Shown: positions 1-10,200, counted from the first letter of the stretch. The stretch is DNA of 64,000 nucleotides from an uncultured Eubacteriales bacterium (GCA_964425745.1 CAYRNW010000006.1:1499-65498); one strand, 5' to 3'. Notes: generated from the sequence alone by a model not told the origin. Numbers and translations are program-made.

Positions 1-1137
1 TTAAACCATGTCCAGCAGAAGCGGGATGGATGAGTGCAACAGACACTTCGATCTTGTTCCATTTCTTGATGCTATCGTTGGAATCCAATTTAACAAAGGA
101 CACACCTAATTTCACTAATCTCTGAGTGATTCGAGATAGATCATGCTTGAACCAATAAGCGACCAGCACCGGATTCCCTCCAGCGGCCTCGATCATATCC
201 TCTAAGGCATCCAACTTACGCTCATGGATAGGGGAGACTTGGCCATCATCGCTATAGATCGCACCATTAGCCATCTGGCAAAGCTTCCCGGTGAGCGCTG
301 CAGCGTTTGCTGCTGTAATGTCACAACTCGGTAGTTTCAAAATCAAATCGTTCTTAAGCTCCTCATATCGCTGTTTCTCACTTTCTGAAAGATAAACCGC
401 ATATTCGCTGCTTACGAGTTCCGGCATTTTGAGATGGTTCGAAGATTTCATGGAGATGGTGATATCGGCTATCTTGTTATAGATTCTTTCCTCAGCTCCA
501 GGTAGAGGCTTGTAGTTGAAAATAACGTGGCCATTTCGTTTATCTGGCTGAAAGTAATCCAGTCGGTAGTGACCGATGAATCGTCCAAGTCGCTGACCCA
601 TATCTAATAATCGAAACTCAGCCCATAAGTCCATGAGACCATTGGTCGATGGTGTTCCTGTTAAGCCAATGACGCGTTTTACTCTTGGCCTAACTTTCAT
701 CAGTGCTCGAAAGCGTTTTGATTGATAATTCTTAAAAGAGGAGAGCTCATCGACGACGAGAGTGTCAAAGTTGAAAGGGAGTTTGCTTTCTTCGATCAGC
801 CACTGAACATTCTCGCGATTGATGATATATATATCGGCTTGTTGAATCAAAGCGCTACGGCGTTCTGTTTCAGTGCCTACTGCAACGGAGCAGATGAGGT
901 TCTGAAGGTGATTCCACTTATCTGCTTCAGCGGGCCATGTGTCCCGAGCCACTCTCAACGGTGCAATCACCAAAACACGATGCACCTCGAATCGGTCAAA
1001 AAGCAGGTTATTCAGAGCCGTCAATGTTATTACGCTCTTACTCAACCGAGGCCCATATCTAGGAGTATGGCAGATACTTGATGGTCTTCGATATAGTTGA
1101 TGGCGTAATTCTGATACTCATGCGGTATGAACTTCAT
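1..1137 (-). CDS. SNF2-family DEAD/DEAH-box helicase (phage replication). The N-terminal 31 codons end in a TGA inside the Walker-A (DMGLG|KS), and the rest continues in another frame past the window edge, so this is a possible pseudogene or sequencing error.
   Basis: Strong SD AAGGAGGTGA 6 nt before ATG at 1137. Translation gives MKFIPHEYQNYAINYIEDHQVSAILLDMGLG*. The second frame reads ..KSVITLTALNNLLFDRFEVHRVLVIAPLRVARDTWPAEADKW.. and is SNF2 N-terminal-like. It lies next to VRR-NUC, as in many phages. Confidence 0.55.
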
Positions 1138-1151
1138 TTGGCATCACCTCC

Positions 1152-1433
1152 TTAGATCTTATTGATTTCATCAAGAACCCCTCCAATCTGCTTCTCGTCA
1201 TCTAGGACAAACACTTGGAATCCAAGTCGCAGGAGCAACTTATGCCTTGCTAGCTGCAAGGGGAGAGGCTTTCTACCGGGTGCTTTGACTTCCACAAAGC
1301 CAATATGACCTCCCGGTAAAAGTACGAGTCGGTCAGGCATTCCGTCAAAACCCGGGCACACAAGCTTTGGTGCAATACCTCCCATCGCTTTAACCGACAT
1401 CGTTAGTTTTTGTTCGATTTGTTTTTCTCTCAT
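1152..1433 (-). CDS. VRR-NUC domain nuclease (phage)
   Basis: 93 aa with EVK catalytic-like motif (GFVEVKAPG). GGAGGG SD 6 nt before ATG. Classic partner of the SNF2 helicase in phage replication modules. Confidence 0.8.
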   Translation of the reverse strand: MREKQIEQKLTMSVKAMGGIAPKLVCPGFDGMPDRLVLLPGGHIGFVEVKAPGRKPLPLQLARHKLLLRLGFQVFVLDDEKQIGGVLDEINKI

Positions 1434-1660
1434 CGCTTTCCCTCCACGGACAAGTGGTCCAGATTTTCTCTACGCGCGTATATGCGCTCGGACAGAGCTC
1501 CTTTTTATATAATATTTCTATTTTTTTGTACTATATAGAAATCGTTGTCCATTTGTCCAAATCTGCCATTTTTACCCCTTTTCACAGGGAATTGGCTCTG
1601 GACAGTCTCTAGGACAGGGACAAGCTGTGCGTGTTGTTCTGAGAGGCTGTCCAGAGATGC

Positions 1661-3994
1661 CTAGATACGCTTATACAACCGTTGCCTACCATAGATGGGT
1701 AGTATCTTGCGTTCGTCAACTTTTTGCCAACCTGGGATGCGAAGCATGATGGCTGCTATCGCATAAGAGTCGGAGGGCTTGATGTCCTCTTTCCTTTTAC
1801 CAAAGCATTCACACCAGATCTCCAAATTGCTGACGCTGCTGCGGAGAATCGTACCTTTCGGTTGGGTAGGACTGTCTGGATCACGGATGTATTCCTGCCT
1901 TGTATAAATATCCATCTCATCCCATTTCTCCGGCAGTAGAAGATTGAGGTAGGAGATAACTAGACCTTCACGATCATCCTGTTCCATAGCTTCAGACTGC
2001 TCGATTTGAGATAGTTTTTCCAAATACGGGTCGAGATAGATATCTTCACCGCGCTCTACGAGCACAAGCACTTCAGCCCATATCTGGTTGACATCCTCTT
2101 GGGTGAGTTGCCACGGCTTCATCTTACTTGTACCGGGAGTTTTGACCGTCCAGAATCTGCGATTGCCTGTAATGTCACGGAGGTATCCGTTTTGAGAATT
2201 GGTCGTGCCAAAGAAGATACATTGCCTCGGATGTGGTGTGACTCGGCGACCAAAGGAGGCCCGATACTTATCGTCCTGACGAGAGATGAACGCTTTGACT
2301 TTATCAAGGTCGGCTTTCTTCATACCGGCCAATTCGCCAATCTCGATGATCCAATAACCCTGCAGTTTTTCTGCAGCGGTCTTGTCGTTCATATCTGTGA
2401 GGTTCACACTATCGGAATACCATTCACCACCAAGTTTAGCGATGAGGGTGGATTTACCAATACCCTGATCACCATTGAGCACGAGAATATAGTCGAATTT
2501 GATGCCGGGATGCTGCACTCTTGCCACTGCAGCGCAGAGCGTTTTTCGGGTTACAGCACGAGTATAGGCATTGTCTTCTGCTCCGAGATAATCGATGAGA
2601 AGGCTTTCGACACGCGTGATACCGTCCCAAGGTGGAAGCGAGTTCAGATACTCACGAATAGGATGGTAGGAACGGTCGTCAACTACCTTGGTAACAGCAA
2701 CCTGATAGTTTCGGGCGGAGAAGGACCCATAGTTCGCATCGACATAACAGATGAGTTGTGCATCGTCAGCATCGCGCCAGAACCGTGCTGGATGCTTCCA
2801 TGGCACGGAACCCGTAATCTCCATGCCATCGGCGAGCTGGTTGAAACAGATCGATTTCAGGTTTTCATCGTTATGAAGGATCAGCGTGAGATTATACAGG
2901 TTATTCTTAAGAGTGGTCGATCGAGGTTCATATTGCAGCTTTTTCTGCCACTCGGTATCCCCATCACCAGCTGAGAAATCATGGGTTGCCTGTGCTTGTC
3001 GTTCGGAGATTAATAACAATTTGACGTTTTCATCCTGTAAGGCAAATTCCGTCATGGCCTGATATGACTTTTTCTCATCGTCACCTCCGAATTTATGGAT
3101 GCGAACGAGATCAAAGGCATTAAGCAGTTTTCCGCAAGTAGGGTCTGTCGCATGGTGGCTATAGGCAAACTTATCGTCGTAAATAACGACGCCAGCTGTG
3201 CTTTTTCCAGAGATGTAGTCGTAGCGGCCTTCCATGACTGATGGGGCATAAGTGTCTGAAAGAAACTTTTCGATGGCTACCGTGATGGAATAGGTGCGAC
3301 AGAAGGCTCCAACGACACCGGACTTTGATAGGGGGTCTTCCTGCTGTTTTTGACTTGGTTTATGTACTTTGCTTTCACGCGATGTGGTTGGTAGCAGCGA
3401 GCAGTCTTGCCAATCCGGATGCGCTGCTAGAATCTTATCCGGGTCGAGTAATTCACCATCCACGAATTCGATAAGGTAGTCACCATTGGCTGGACAGGTC
3501 GGCCAATACATCAGTTGGTTGGGGATAAACGAGCACTCATCGAACATATCCATGCCAAGCTCCGCAGCCACATAGCGCGATACTGCTACGAATTCATCTG
3601 CGGAGATATCTCTGGTGAAGGGTGCGACGATACGGAGACGAGGAGCTACCGGTGTATGGCTGTGTGTTGAGTAAACCGCACATTTGAAATGTAGCTTATT
3701 CGGCAGCAATGCAACGAACTCGGGGGTAGCATTATCGAGGTCTGGTGTCCAAAGAGAGCGGCAGGACACATTGCCTGCTTTACGGAGATTGTCACGCAAA
3801 TGACCACCGACGAAGCCACCCTTGTCTTTGATTTCATCGCGCTTAGGCTTAGGCATCTTTGTATACTCCTCTACCGTTTCCGTGGTGCGAATCGGTGTTT
3901 TCAGTCGCTCGCAGATCGCTTCAAAGGTTAGGGTCTTGTTCGACCAGAATTTAGCCTGTCGGGAATTACCGAGGGCAATCTTCAATTCACGCAT
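1661..3994 (-). CDS. Phage/plasmid DNA primase, VirE (virulence-associated E) family with N-terminal primase-polymerase-like region
   Basis: Walker A DYILVLNGDQGIGKST in a VirE-like C-terminal domain. Start refined to ATG at 3994 (MRELKIAL), with GGAGGAG SD 8 nt upstream. The ORF-track start at 4126 lacks an SD. Confidence 0.8.
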   Translation of the reverse strand: MRELKIALGNSRQAKFWSNKTLTFEAICERLKTPIRTTETVEEYTKMPKPKRDEIKDKGGFVGGHLRDNLRKAGNVSCRSLWTPDLDNATPEFVALLPNKLHFKCAVYSTHSHTPVAPRLRIVAPFTRDISADEFVAVSRYVAAELGMDMFDECSFIPNQLMYWPTCPANGDYLIEFVDGELLDPDKILAAHPDWQDCSLLPTTSRESKVHKPSQKQQEDPLSKSGVVGAFCRTYSITVAIEKFLSDTYAPSVMEGRYDYISGKSTAGVVIYDDKFAYSHHATDPTCGKLLNAFDLVRIHKFGGDDEKKSYQAMTEFALQDENVKLLLISERQAQATHDFSAGDGDTEWQKKLQYEPRSTTLKNNLYNLTLILHNDENLKSICFNQLADGMEITGSVPWKHPARFWRDADDAQLICYVDANYGSFSARNYQVAVTKVVDDRSYHPIREYLNSLPPWDGITRVESLLIDYLGAEDNAYTRAVTRKTLCAAVARVQHPGIKFDYILVLNGDQGIGKSTLIAKLGGEWYSDSVNLTDMNDKTAAEKLQGYWIIEIGELAGMKKADLDKVKAFISRQDDKYRASFGRRVTPHPRQCIFFGTTNSQNGYLRDITGNRRFWTVKTPGTSKMKPWQLTQEDVNQIWAEVLVLVERGEDIYLDPYLEKLSQIEQSEAMEQDDREGLVISYLNLLLPEKWDEMDIYTRQEYIRDPDSPTQPKGTILRSSVSNLEIWCECFGKRKEDIKPSDSYAIAAIMLRIPGWQKVDERKILPIYGRQRLYKRI

Positions 3995-4604
3995 AATAAG
4001 TGCTCCTCCATGTTCCTGGCTGTTCGCCGTGTTCAAATCGTGCTTGCCTTGCCAGCTTAAAGGCATGCAAGGTAGCTTGGTCGTCCCGATCAGAGGTGTA
4101 ACTGCTGTCATCACCAAAAAGTTCAAATTGACCTTTCTTGTTGATACCGGGATGGGCTACGAAGTAATCTCCGTCTATGGTCACAAAGTTAAAGGGATAT
4201 ATACTAGCCTTGATTTCTGGAAAACCTCTATAACCCATTTCCTGACAGAAATTATCAATATCATCGATACAATCACCGTCAGGAATCCCAGCAACGACAA
4301 GAATAGGATTCACAATTTCACAAATCTCAAAGTATTTTAGGCCGCTGAATTGAAGTATCTTCTCGGCGTCAGCTTCGGTCATTTTCCCTTTGACTTCAAC
4401 ATACAGATCACTTGGACTCCTCCCAGCACAGCCGTGAAGTAAGAAGTCAGGAAGATATAGTTGACCATTAGGGAGCTTAAAACCCTCAGGCTCGTATTCC
4501 CATTTTACTTCGCACGCGTCGAAGAACACTGCCCATCGTGCCTCAAGCCTTGACCGGAAGCGATAGCCCTTATATTCAGTCGGTATAGCTGTATATGTAT
4601 TCAT
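3987..4604 (-). CDS. PD-(D/E)xK-type nuclease-like phage protein
   Basis: 205 aa with N-terminal YRFRSRLEARWAVFFD followed by D..EVK (LPDFLL..DLYVEVKGK), a PD-(D/E)xK signature. GGAGG SD. Overlaps neighbours by 4-8 nt. Confidence 0.55.
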   Translation of the reverse strand: MNTYTAIPTEYKGYRFRSRLEARWAVFFDACEVKWEYEPEGFKLPNGQLYLPDFLLHGCAGRSPSDLYVEVKGKMTEADAEKILQFSGLKYFEICEIVNPILVVAGIPDGDCIDDIDNFCQEMGYRGFPEIKASIYPFNFVTIDGDYFVAHPGINKKGQFELFGDDSSYTSDRDDQATLHAFKLARQARFEHGEQPGTWRSTYYA

Positions 4605-5026
4605 TTCTGTACCTCCTCGCAGTTTTCAGTGAAGTAGCGCAAAGGAAAATGCTTCCATTTAGCCCGTTTGATCTCTTCTTGCATTCCATGAGAAATGGTG
4701 CTACCAAACACCCAGACTTCTGCACATTTTGTCATGAGCGCATTGGCGAAGAATAGGCCAAGCTGTCGCTCATTGGGATTGTCATCGTCAAGAAACTGGG
4801 GAAAGAGTAGGTGGGGTGCAAGGGGGATATATCCTTGATCCACAGCAAAGCGACAGTAACCTTGGGTCGCTATTACGTTTTTCTCTACATTTCCGGAATA
4901 CGGTGAACAGATATAGATGATGGGACGAAATGATCGGATTGCCCGTTCTCGTTTCTCGATTTCTGTTAATGCTTCATAGGGAGTGGGATCATAGTATCCT
5001 TCTTTGTTGTATTTATCGATGTTCAT
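4601..5026 (-). CDS. DUF4406-like protein (nucleoside 2-deoxyribosyltransferase-like fold), phage replication module
   Basis: 141 aa with IYICSPYSG motif. GGAGG SD. Confidence 0.5.
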   Translation of the reverse strand: MNIDKYNKEGYYDPTPYEALTEIEKRERAIRSFRPIIYICSPYSGNVEKNVIATQGYCRFAVDQGYIPLAPHLLFPQFLDDDNPNERQLGLFFANALMTKCAEVWVFGSTISHGMQEEIKRAKWKHFPLRYFTENCEEVQK

Positions 5027-5055
5027 GAAACCTCCAATCTGGGCAGTATACAGCC

Positions 5056-5096
5056 CTTACTATGTAATGGAGTTAAGGTTGTGAATTGAACGAAAA
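5056..5096. repeat. Copy 1 of conserved ~41-nt intergenic motif CTTACTAnnnAATGGAG(G/T)T(G/A)A-N9-TTGAACGAAAA
   Basis: See the finding. Located between polA and DUF4406. Confidence 0.6.
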
Positions 5097-5099
5097 GAC

Positions 5100-7040
5100 T
5101 CAGTCTTTTTTATAAAAGTTTGTCTCATAACCATCTGCTCTTAAGACGAGACCGGCTGCCCAGGTGGGGGTCTGGCTCATCCGCTCACAGATATCTTGTA
5201 GAGAGGTTTGTGGCTTAGCTTCAATGACAATTTCATCATGGACATGCATCACAATGGGAAATTGACTTAGATTCTGCATGGCATAGCATAATAGATCTCG
5301 GGCTGTGGCTTGAACGATGTTTTCTACGAATTTCGGGCCGTAGGAGTTTAGCCGCTCCCATTTTTTTGTACCACCAACGCCTTCGTAGGTTATGCACTGA
5401 CCACCGAACTGGTTTTCTCCGATACGGGGTTTCACATAAGCGAGTTGTCTACCGGATGGGAGCACAATGAACAGCATGGCGCTTTGATAGTAGAACTTGA
5501 TTCCGTGCGTGATACGGCTGCTTTTCTCCCGAACAGCCTCCATAGCAGCGCGATCTACATCCCACCAAAACTGGACGATATTGGGATTGGATTGCCTCCA
5601 CGATGTGACCAAAGGCTGTAGCTCCTCTTCGGTCAAGCCCATATCCAGAGCACCCATTGCCTTTAAGGCACCAAATGAGCCGCCATAACCAAGCGCCAGT
5701 TCGGCTATTTTCCCTTTTTGTCGAAGGTGACTGTTAATGCCATGCTTCTCGACTGGCACGTTGAACATCTGCGATGCGGAGGCACAGTAGATATCTTCAC
5801 CTTTCGCAAACACCTCTTGTCGCCATTTTTCCCTGGCAAGCCAGGCGATGACACGGGCCTCGATTGCACTGAAGTCGGCCACGATGAACTTTGAATTGGA
5901 TTTAGGAACGAAGGCTGTTCGTATGACCTGAGAGAGGGTATCGGGAACATCTTCGTAGAGCATTTCTAGCGCTTCATAATCGCCACAGCGAACGAGTGAG
6001 CGAGCTTCAACCAAATCCGGAAGATGGTTCTGGGGCAGGTTTTGTAATTGTATAAGTCGTCCTGCCCAGCGACCGGTTCGGTTTGCACCATAGAATTGAA
6101 ACATCCCACGTGCACGACCGTCTTCACAAACACAATTTTGCATGGCTTGATACTTCTTTATCGAGGATTTTGCGAGTTGTTGCCGAAGGGATAGAACTCT
6201 GGATAATTCGGGTGGTGCTGTCTTAAGCAAATCAGCAACGACCTTTTTACCAAGAGTGTCTGTCTCAAGTCCATTCTCTGAAAGCCATTCTTTCATCTGC
6301 AGCACAGAGTTTGGATTCTCAATATCGGTTAAGGTTTGCACGGCATTCATTAGCTCTGAACGTGAGCGATTATCTAGCTGGACAGCTGATGCAACAAAGG
6401 CCAAGTCCAGAGCCACACCTCTGTCGTTAATCTCTTCGGAAAGATGGTATTCGGACCAGAAACTGTCTGGCACAGGAAATCTAGTCAGCTTTTCCTGAAT
6501 GGACATCTCCACTTCAACATCTCTAGCATTGTAACTTTTAAAAGCTGCCCATTTATCTGGTGCATGCGTTGGAGTATTTCTGGTTCTTTGGCCGTTTGTT
6601 TGAGTCGGCGAACAGGGAAGACAGAAGTAACGGATGAGTTCTTTCCCTTCCGATAGTTTCTGTTTTTCTAGGTTAAGAACTGAGCCGACTCCCTCTAGTG
6701 ATAGCGGTAATCCCAAGGATGCTGCCCATACCATGGAGCATTTCCAGGAAGAAGGACTTAAGTATTGACCTTGTGGTAACCCTAGAAAACGCGAAAGGCA
6801 TATACGTTCAAAGTTGGCATTGTAAGCCCATTTCTTAACAGATTCATCTTTGAGTGCAGCGATGATTTCGCTTGGCAACTTCTCACCGCAGATGAGATCT
6901 ACAATCTGTACCGGCTCATTATCCTTGCTATAACCAAACAACAGAATCTCAAAATCAGGAGATTCCACATACCGATAAACTCCTGATTTGACAAGATTGA
7001 CACTGGAGAACGTTTCGATATCTATGCTAAGTGTTTTCAT
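5100..7040 (-). CDS. Family A DNA polymerase (PolA-like, with 3'-5' exonuclease domain), phage-encoded
   Basis: DIETFS exo motif at N-terminus. Motif B RQKGKIAELALGYGGS and motif C VMHVHDEIV are present. GTGAGGT SD 8 nt before ATG at 7040. Confidence 0.9.
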   Translation of the reverse strand: MKTLSIDIETFSSVNLVKSGVYRYVESPDFEILLFGYSKDNEPVQIVDLICGEKLPSEIIAALKDESVKKWAYNANFERICLSRFLGLPQGQYLSPSSWKCSMVWAASLGLPLSLEGVGSVLNLEKQKLSEGKELIRYFCLPCSPTQTNGQRTRNTPTHAPDKWAAFKSYNARDVEVEMSIQEKLTRFPVPDSFWSEYHLSEEINDRGVALDLAFVASAVQLDNRSRSELMNAVQTLTDIENPNSVLQMKEWLSENGLETDTLGKKVVADLLKTAPPELSRVLSLRQQLAKSSIKKYQAMQNCVCEDGRARGMFQFYGANRTGRWAGRLIQLQNLPQNHLPDLVEARSLVRCGDYEALEMLYEDVPDTLSQVIRTAFVPKSNSKFIVADFSAIEARVIAWLAREKWRQEVFAKGEDIYCASASQMFNVPVEKHGINSHLRQKGKIAELALGYGGSFGALKAMGALDMGLTEEELQPLVTSWRQSNPNIVQFWWDVDRAAMEAVREKSSRITHGIKFYYQSAMLFIVLPSGRQLAYVKPRIGENQFGGQCITYEGVGGTKKWERLNSYGPKFVENIVQATARDLLCYAMQNLSQFPIVMHVHDEIVIEAKPQTSLQDICERMSQTPTWAAGLVLRADGYETNFYKKD

Positions 7041-7104
7041 ATATAGTTACCTCACACATAAGGTAGGGTGGCAGAGAAATCCGCCACCCTTTTTGCCGTA
7101 CCTA

Positions 7105-7677
7105 TTACACCAAGAAATCATCATCTTCTTCAGTGGTGAAATCTGATTCGGCGCTTGCTTTGCCACCTAAGGGTTCACCATCTCGGATTTTTTGCAGATT
7201 GTTAAGACCGCAGGCTATTCCGCGATTCCCATTGCTATTAAAGGAAAATAGGGTAATGCTGGCTCTGCCAAACACCCCTGAGTAAATCTCCGAGCGAATA
7301 AGGATAGGATTGCGATCAGCATCGACGATTCCCGGAGCAGTAGCAGAATTGGCATTAATAAAATAGGAGTTCGCATAGGCAGGATCATCTGGTCGCTCCA
7401 AGTCACCATCTCGAAGAGGGGTTTTTAAGGTGGCTAGGGGAGGAGTAGATTTACCGTTCCCTTTGAGCTTGGCTTCGCCTTCGTGATATGCTGCTTCTAT
7501 GGCTGATTTGATTTTGGCGACGGTCTTGGTATCGCTTTTAGGAATGATGAGGGAGACAGAGTATTTCGGGGTTCCACCATTGATGCTTTTTGGTTCCCAG
7601 ACATTGGCATAGCTCCATCGGGTGTTTGGCCCTGTGATAACTTTCATCGATTGATTGGCGTTGTTATTCATTTTCAT
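7105..7677 (-). CDS. DUF2815 family phage ssDNA-binding-like protein
   Basis: Acidic SSB-like C-terminal tail EEDDDFLV. Sits next to PolA as in DUF2800/DUF2815/PolA phage cassettes. Start placed at the ATG after the GGAGG SD (MKMNNNAN). Confidence 0.6.
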   Translation of the reverse strand: MKMNNNANQSMKVITGPNTRWSYANVWEPKSINGGTPKYSVSLIIPKSDTKTVAKIKSAIEAAYHEGEAKLKGNGKSTPPLATLKTPLRDGDLERPDDPAYANSYFINANSATAPGIVDADRNPILIRSEIYSGVFGRASITLFSFNSNGNRGIACGLNNLQKIRDGEPLGGKASAESDFTTEEDDDFLV

Positions 7678-8803
7678 ATACCTCCATAAAATCATTTTTG
7701 ACTGTATTCATAACCGGACGCTTATCGCTTTCCGGAACAAGAGTGGGTTTGCCTAAGGGTTTTTCAATATAAGCCGAGAGTAATTCATCGAAGCGAGTTT
7801 TGCCTAGCAGCTTCTGCATCGCGGTAACACCGAGGACCTTATGTTCGAAAGGATCGAAACCTGCTTCCTGGACGGTGCCTGCAACTGCATTCTCATTCGT
7901 ATAACGTCGATTGGAACGACCCTCGACCAGCTTCCATCCGTGCCAATCTTTACCACGTAGTGCTTGTTGAAGTGCATATTCCTTGATATCTGATGCCCAA
8001 GTGATAAAGTCATCTAAGCGAGAAAGGATTTCTTCGATTTCTTCGTCTGTGAGCAGGGGAGGAAGTTCAAATTCGGTTCGAGCCAGTTCAAGATTCGCTT
8101 CTGCTCGAGCTCGGCAAGTGTTCTTGACTTTGCAAAAGGTGCACCAGCTTCCGCTTTTGAATTCACCCGCACCTGCATATGCTAGAGTTGCTGTGGGTTT
8201 GAGAACTTCAATTGCCCACTGATAGAGGTCCTCTTTGGAAACTTCAGAAACGCTGATGTTGTTTAATCTTGGCTGGTAAATACCCACGCGAACCGTCTCA
8301 ATATCAAAGATGCCATCGAAGAGCTCTAATGCGCCTAGTGCATAGCACTTCAACTGGGGATTATCTTCTGCTGAGATCTCAATGCCTCTACCATATTTGA
8401 GATCGTAGATTTGCAATAACCCATTTGACACAAGGATGCAATCAGCCGTCCCATAGCCCGATTCAACCCACTTGGAGAAATCGACACGTTGTTCAATCAG
8501 GACAATAGGGGTTGAATCCGTCTGTTTTGTGACTTCTAGTTGCTCGAGGATGAAGGAAACATACTCGGCGGCATAATCGTTCATCTCTTCGTTATACCAA
8601 TTAAGATGTTCTGTTGGGTCACTGGTCTCCATGCCTAAGGCTTCTTGCAATCTGTGCTCGAAGAGCATATGGGCATCTGTGCCTTCAGCTGCATAGTCGC
8701 TGGTTACTTCAACTTGATTATCATTAAGTCGTGCTGAGGGTGGACAAGACAACCAACGTTCTGAACTCGATGCTGATAGTAAGGCATGTCCTTTAGGTGG
8801 CAT
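7664..8803 (-). CDS. DUF2800 family PD-(D/E)xK (Cas4/RecB-like) nuclease with C-terminal Cys cluster
   Basis: N-terminal SASSSERWLSCP, DLKYG..E..K core, and C-terminal CTFCKVKNTCRAR. GGAGGAA SD before ATG 8803. Confidence 0.7.
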   Translation of the reverse strand: MPPKGHALLSASSSERWLSCPPSARLNDNQVEVTSDYAAEGTDAHMLFEHRLQEALGMETSDPTEHLNWYNEEMNDYAAEYVSFILEQLEVTKQTDSTPIVLIEQRVDFSKWVESGYGTADCILVSNGLLQIYDLKYGRGIEISAEDNPQLKCYALGALELFDGIFDIETVRVGIYQPRLNNISVSEVSKEDLYQWAIEVLKPTATLAYAGAGEFKSGSWCTFCKVKNTCRARAEANLELARTEFELPPLLTDEEIEEILSRLDDFITWASDIKEYALQQALRGKDWHGWKLVEGRSNRRYTNENAVAGTVQEAGFDPFEHKVLGVTAMQKLLGKTRFDELLSAYIEKPLGKPTLVPESDKRPVMNTVKNDFMEVYENE

Positions 8804-9095
8804 GGGTTAGTTCCTCCGCATCGGCAAGAAGCGCTTTGTAATTGGCTGGATCAACACCAGATAACCGATCCGAACCATACTTCTGAAGCAAAGCTCGTAT
8901 TTGAGAAGTAAATCCGGCTCGAGACTTGTTAGCAAGGATTCCTCTTACTTCCTCTAGTGTGAGAGTGGGCTCAACTACCTTTGTGTTTTCCATTGTTGAA
9001 TGAGAACCAAACTGCTCTTCTATGGTGTTCGCGATTTGGTTAATTGTCATAGCGACGCTGCGTAAATTTTCGACGATTGTGGCTAATTCGCTCAT
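8793..9095 (-). CDS. Hypothetical phage protein
   Basis: 100 aa ORF with GGAAGGAGTGA SD 6 nt before ATG. Overlaps the downstream gene by 11 nt. Confidence 0.5.
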   Translation of the reverse strand: MSELATIVENLRSVAMTINQIANTIEEQFGSHSTMENTKVVEPTLTLEEVRGILANKSRAGFTSQIRALLQKYGSDRLSGVDPANYKALLADAEELTHAT

Positions 9096-9280
9096 CTTTT
9101 TTCACTCCTTCCAAGGATTGTCGTTGTCTAGTTAATAGCGTCAACTTTCTTGCTAAACGCATGGAGACCACACTAATTGCAGTGAGAACATCCAAAAGCT
9201 CATCTTCAGTTGTGCGATCTCGTGGGTGGTATTTGTTCAAGGGCTTCACCTCCTTGGAAGGAGAATATTGTTTATCCCTT

Positions 9281-9320
9281 CCACTACTCAATGGAGGTGA
9301 GTGAATGGATTGAACGAAAA
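9281..9320. repeat. Copy 3 of conserved ~41-nt intergenic motif
   Basis: Sequence ccactactcaatggaggtgagtgaatggattgaacgaaaac, downstream of the sigma-like gene. Confidence 0.6.
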
Positions 9321-9339
9321 CGTTGAAAAAATATTTTGC

Positions 9340-9867
9340 TTAAACCCAATCTTTCAGGATTTCCTTTAATTGGGATAAGGCTTGTCTCCGTTGATAATTC
9401 AGCGTGCTTTGTGATTTGATTCCGAGCGCTTTCGCGATATCTCTTTCAGATGACCCATTGGCCCAAAGCCAACAGATCTTTGCATAATGTGGATTGATTT
9501 GTTCTAGAGCATCGAAAAGACGATTCAAAAGTTCTTGATCTTCAATAATAGACTCTACAGTGGGAGATAAGTCAGAGAGAAAATCTTGGTGTTCAACTTC
9601 ATTTCCTTCGCCGTCGTCAAAGGTGTCATTAAGAGAAGACGTGTCTCCAGATGTTAGATAGGAACATGTCCAGCAATCCATGTTGCAGAGATATCGTTTG
9701 CTTGCTGGGCATTCACAACGGCCATGTTTTTGTTGCCTACGGCGGTAAGTGTTGATTTCGCGGTAGTAGTTGTCATAGAATTCTTTGGTTACTGGTACCC
9801 ACTCGTGAAGTTCTCTGATGTAGATTTTTCGTTCATCGGTTTGACCATGGTTGTCTTGGTTTAACAT
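9340..9867 (-). CDS. Sigma-70 region-4-like phage transcription regulator with Cys-rich zinc-finger-like insert
   Basis: C-terminal HTH ERDIAKALGIKSQSTLNYQRRQALSQLKE is sigma-70 region 4 type. CECPASKRYLCNMDCWTC forms a cysteine cluster. Start refined to ATG 9867 (GGAAAGGA SD), whereas the ORF-track start is at 9981. Confidence 0.6.
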   Translation of the reverse strand: MLNQDNHGQTDERKIYIRELHEWVPVTKEFYDNYYREINTYRRRQQKHGRCECPASKRYLCNMDCWTCSYLTSGDTSSLNDTFDDGEGNEVEHQDFLSDLSPTVESIIEDQELLNRLFDALEQINPHYAKICWLWANGSSERDIAKALGIKSQSTLNYQRRQALSQLKEILKDWV

Positions 9868-10119
9868 AAAATGTCCTTTCCGCCTGTGTGAATTGAGCGG
9901 CAAGGACACATAATGAAGCTGCTTCGATGAAGAGCTACCGAGAATGCCTAAAACGGGCATAGCAAGGCACGGTGGGTACATCTGAGGCTCCGAACACGGT
10001 TTTTACCGTGCTTGGAACTTCCTATGTATCCCGCCGCCTTAATGCGCATCTCAGGCTTTGAGAATTATTTATTGATGTTGAGAACGTCTACACGAATCGC
10101 TTTAAGTGGTTTAATAACT

Positions 10120-10200
10120 TTTTTACACATTTTTGTGTAAATGCATTGATTTTTGACTTGTTTTGCAGTACAATAAAAATGTTATATTTTACCTTAGGGC
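10120..10200. promoter_or_regulatory. Divergent intergenic region with a palindromic operator-like site TTTACACA-ttttt-TGTGTAAA and TTGACT -35-like box
   Basis: 8-bp inverted repeat around 10125-10145. TTGACT at about 10157. Lies between divergently transcribed sigma-like gene and the Nbr1-FW gene. Confidence 0.3.

Noticed and set aside
722-1081. 119-aa plus-strand ORF
   Set aside because: It is antisense to the SNF2 helicase reading frames and has no SD.
9040-9291. 83-aa minus-strand ORF between sigma-like gene and the 100-aa gene
   Set aside because: It has a TTG start with no SD on the coding strand. It overlaps the well-supported 8793-9095 gene by 56 nt and covers the conserved 41-nt motif. 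It is more likely non-coding.
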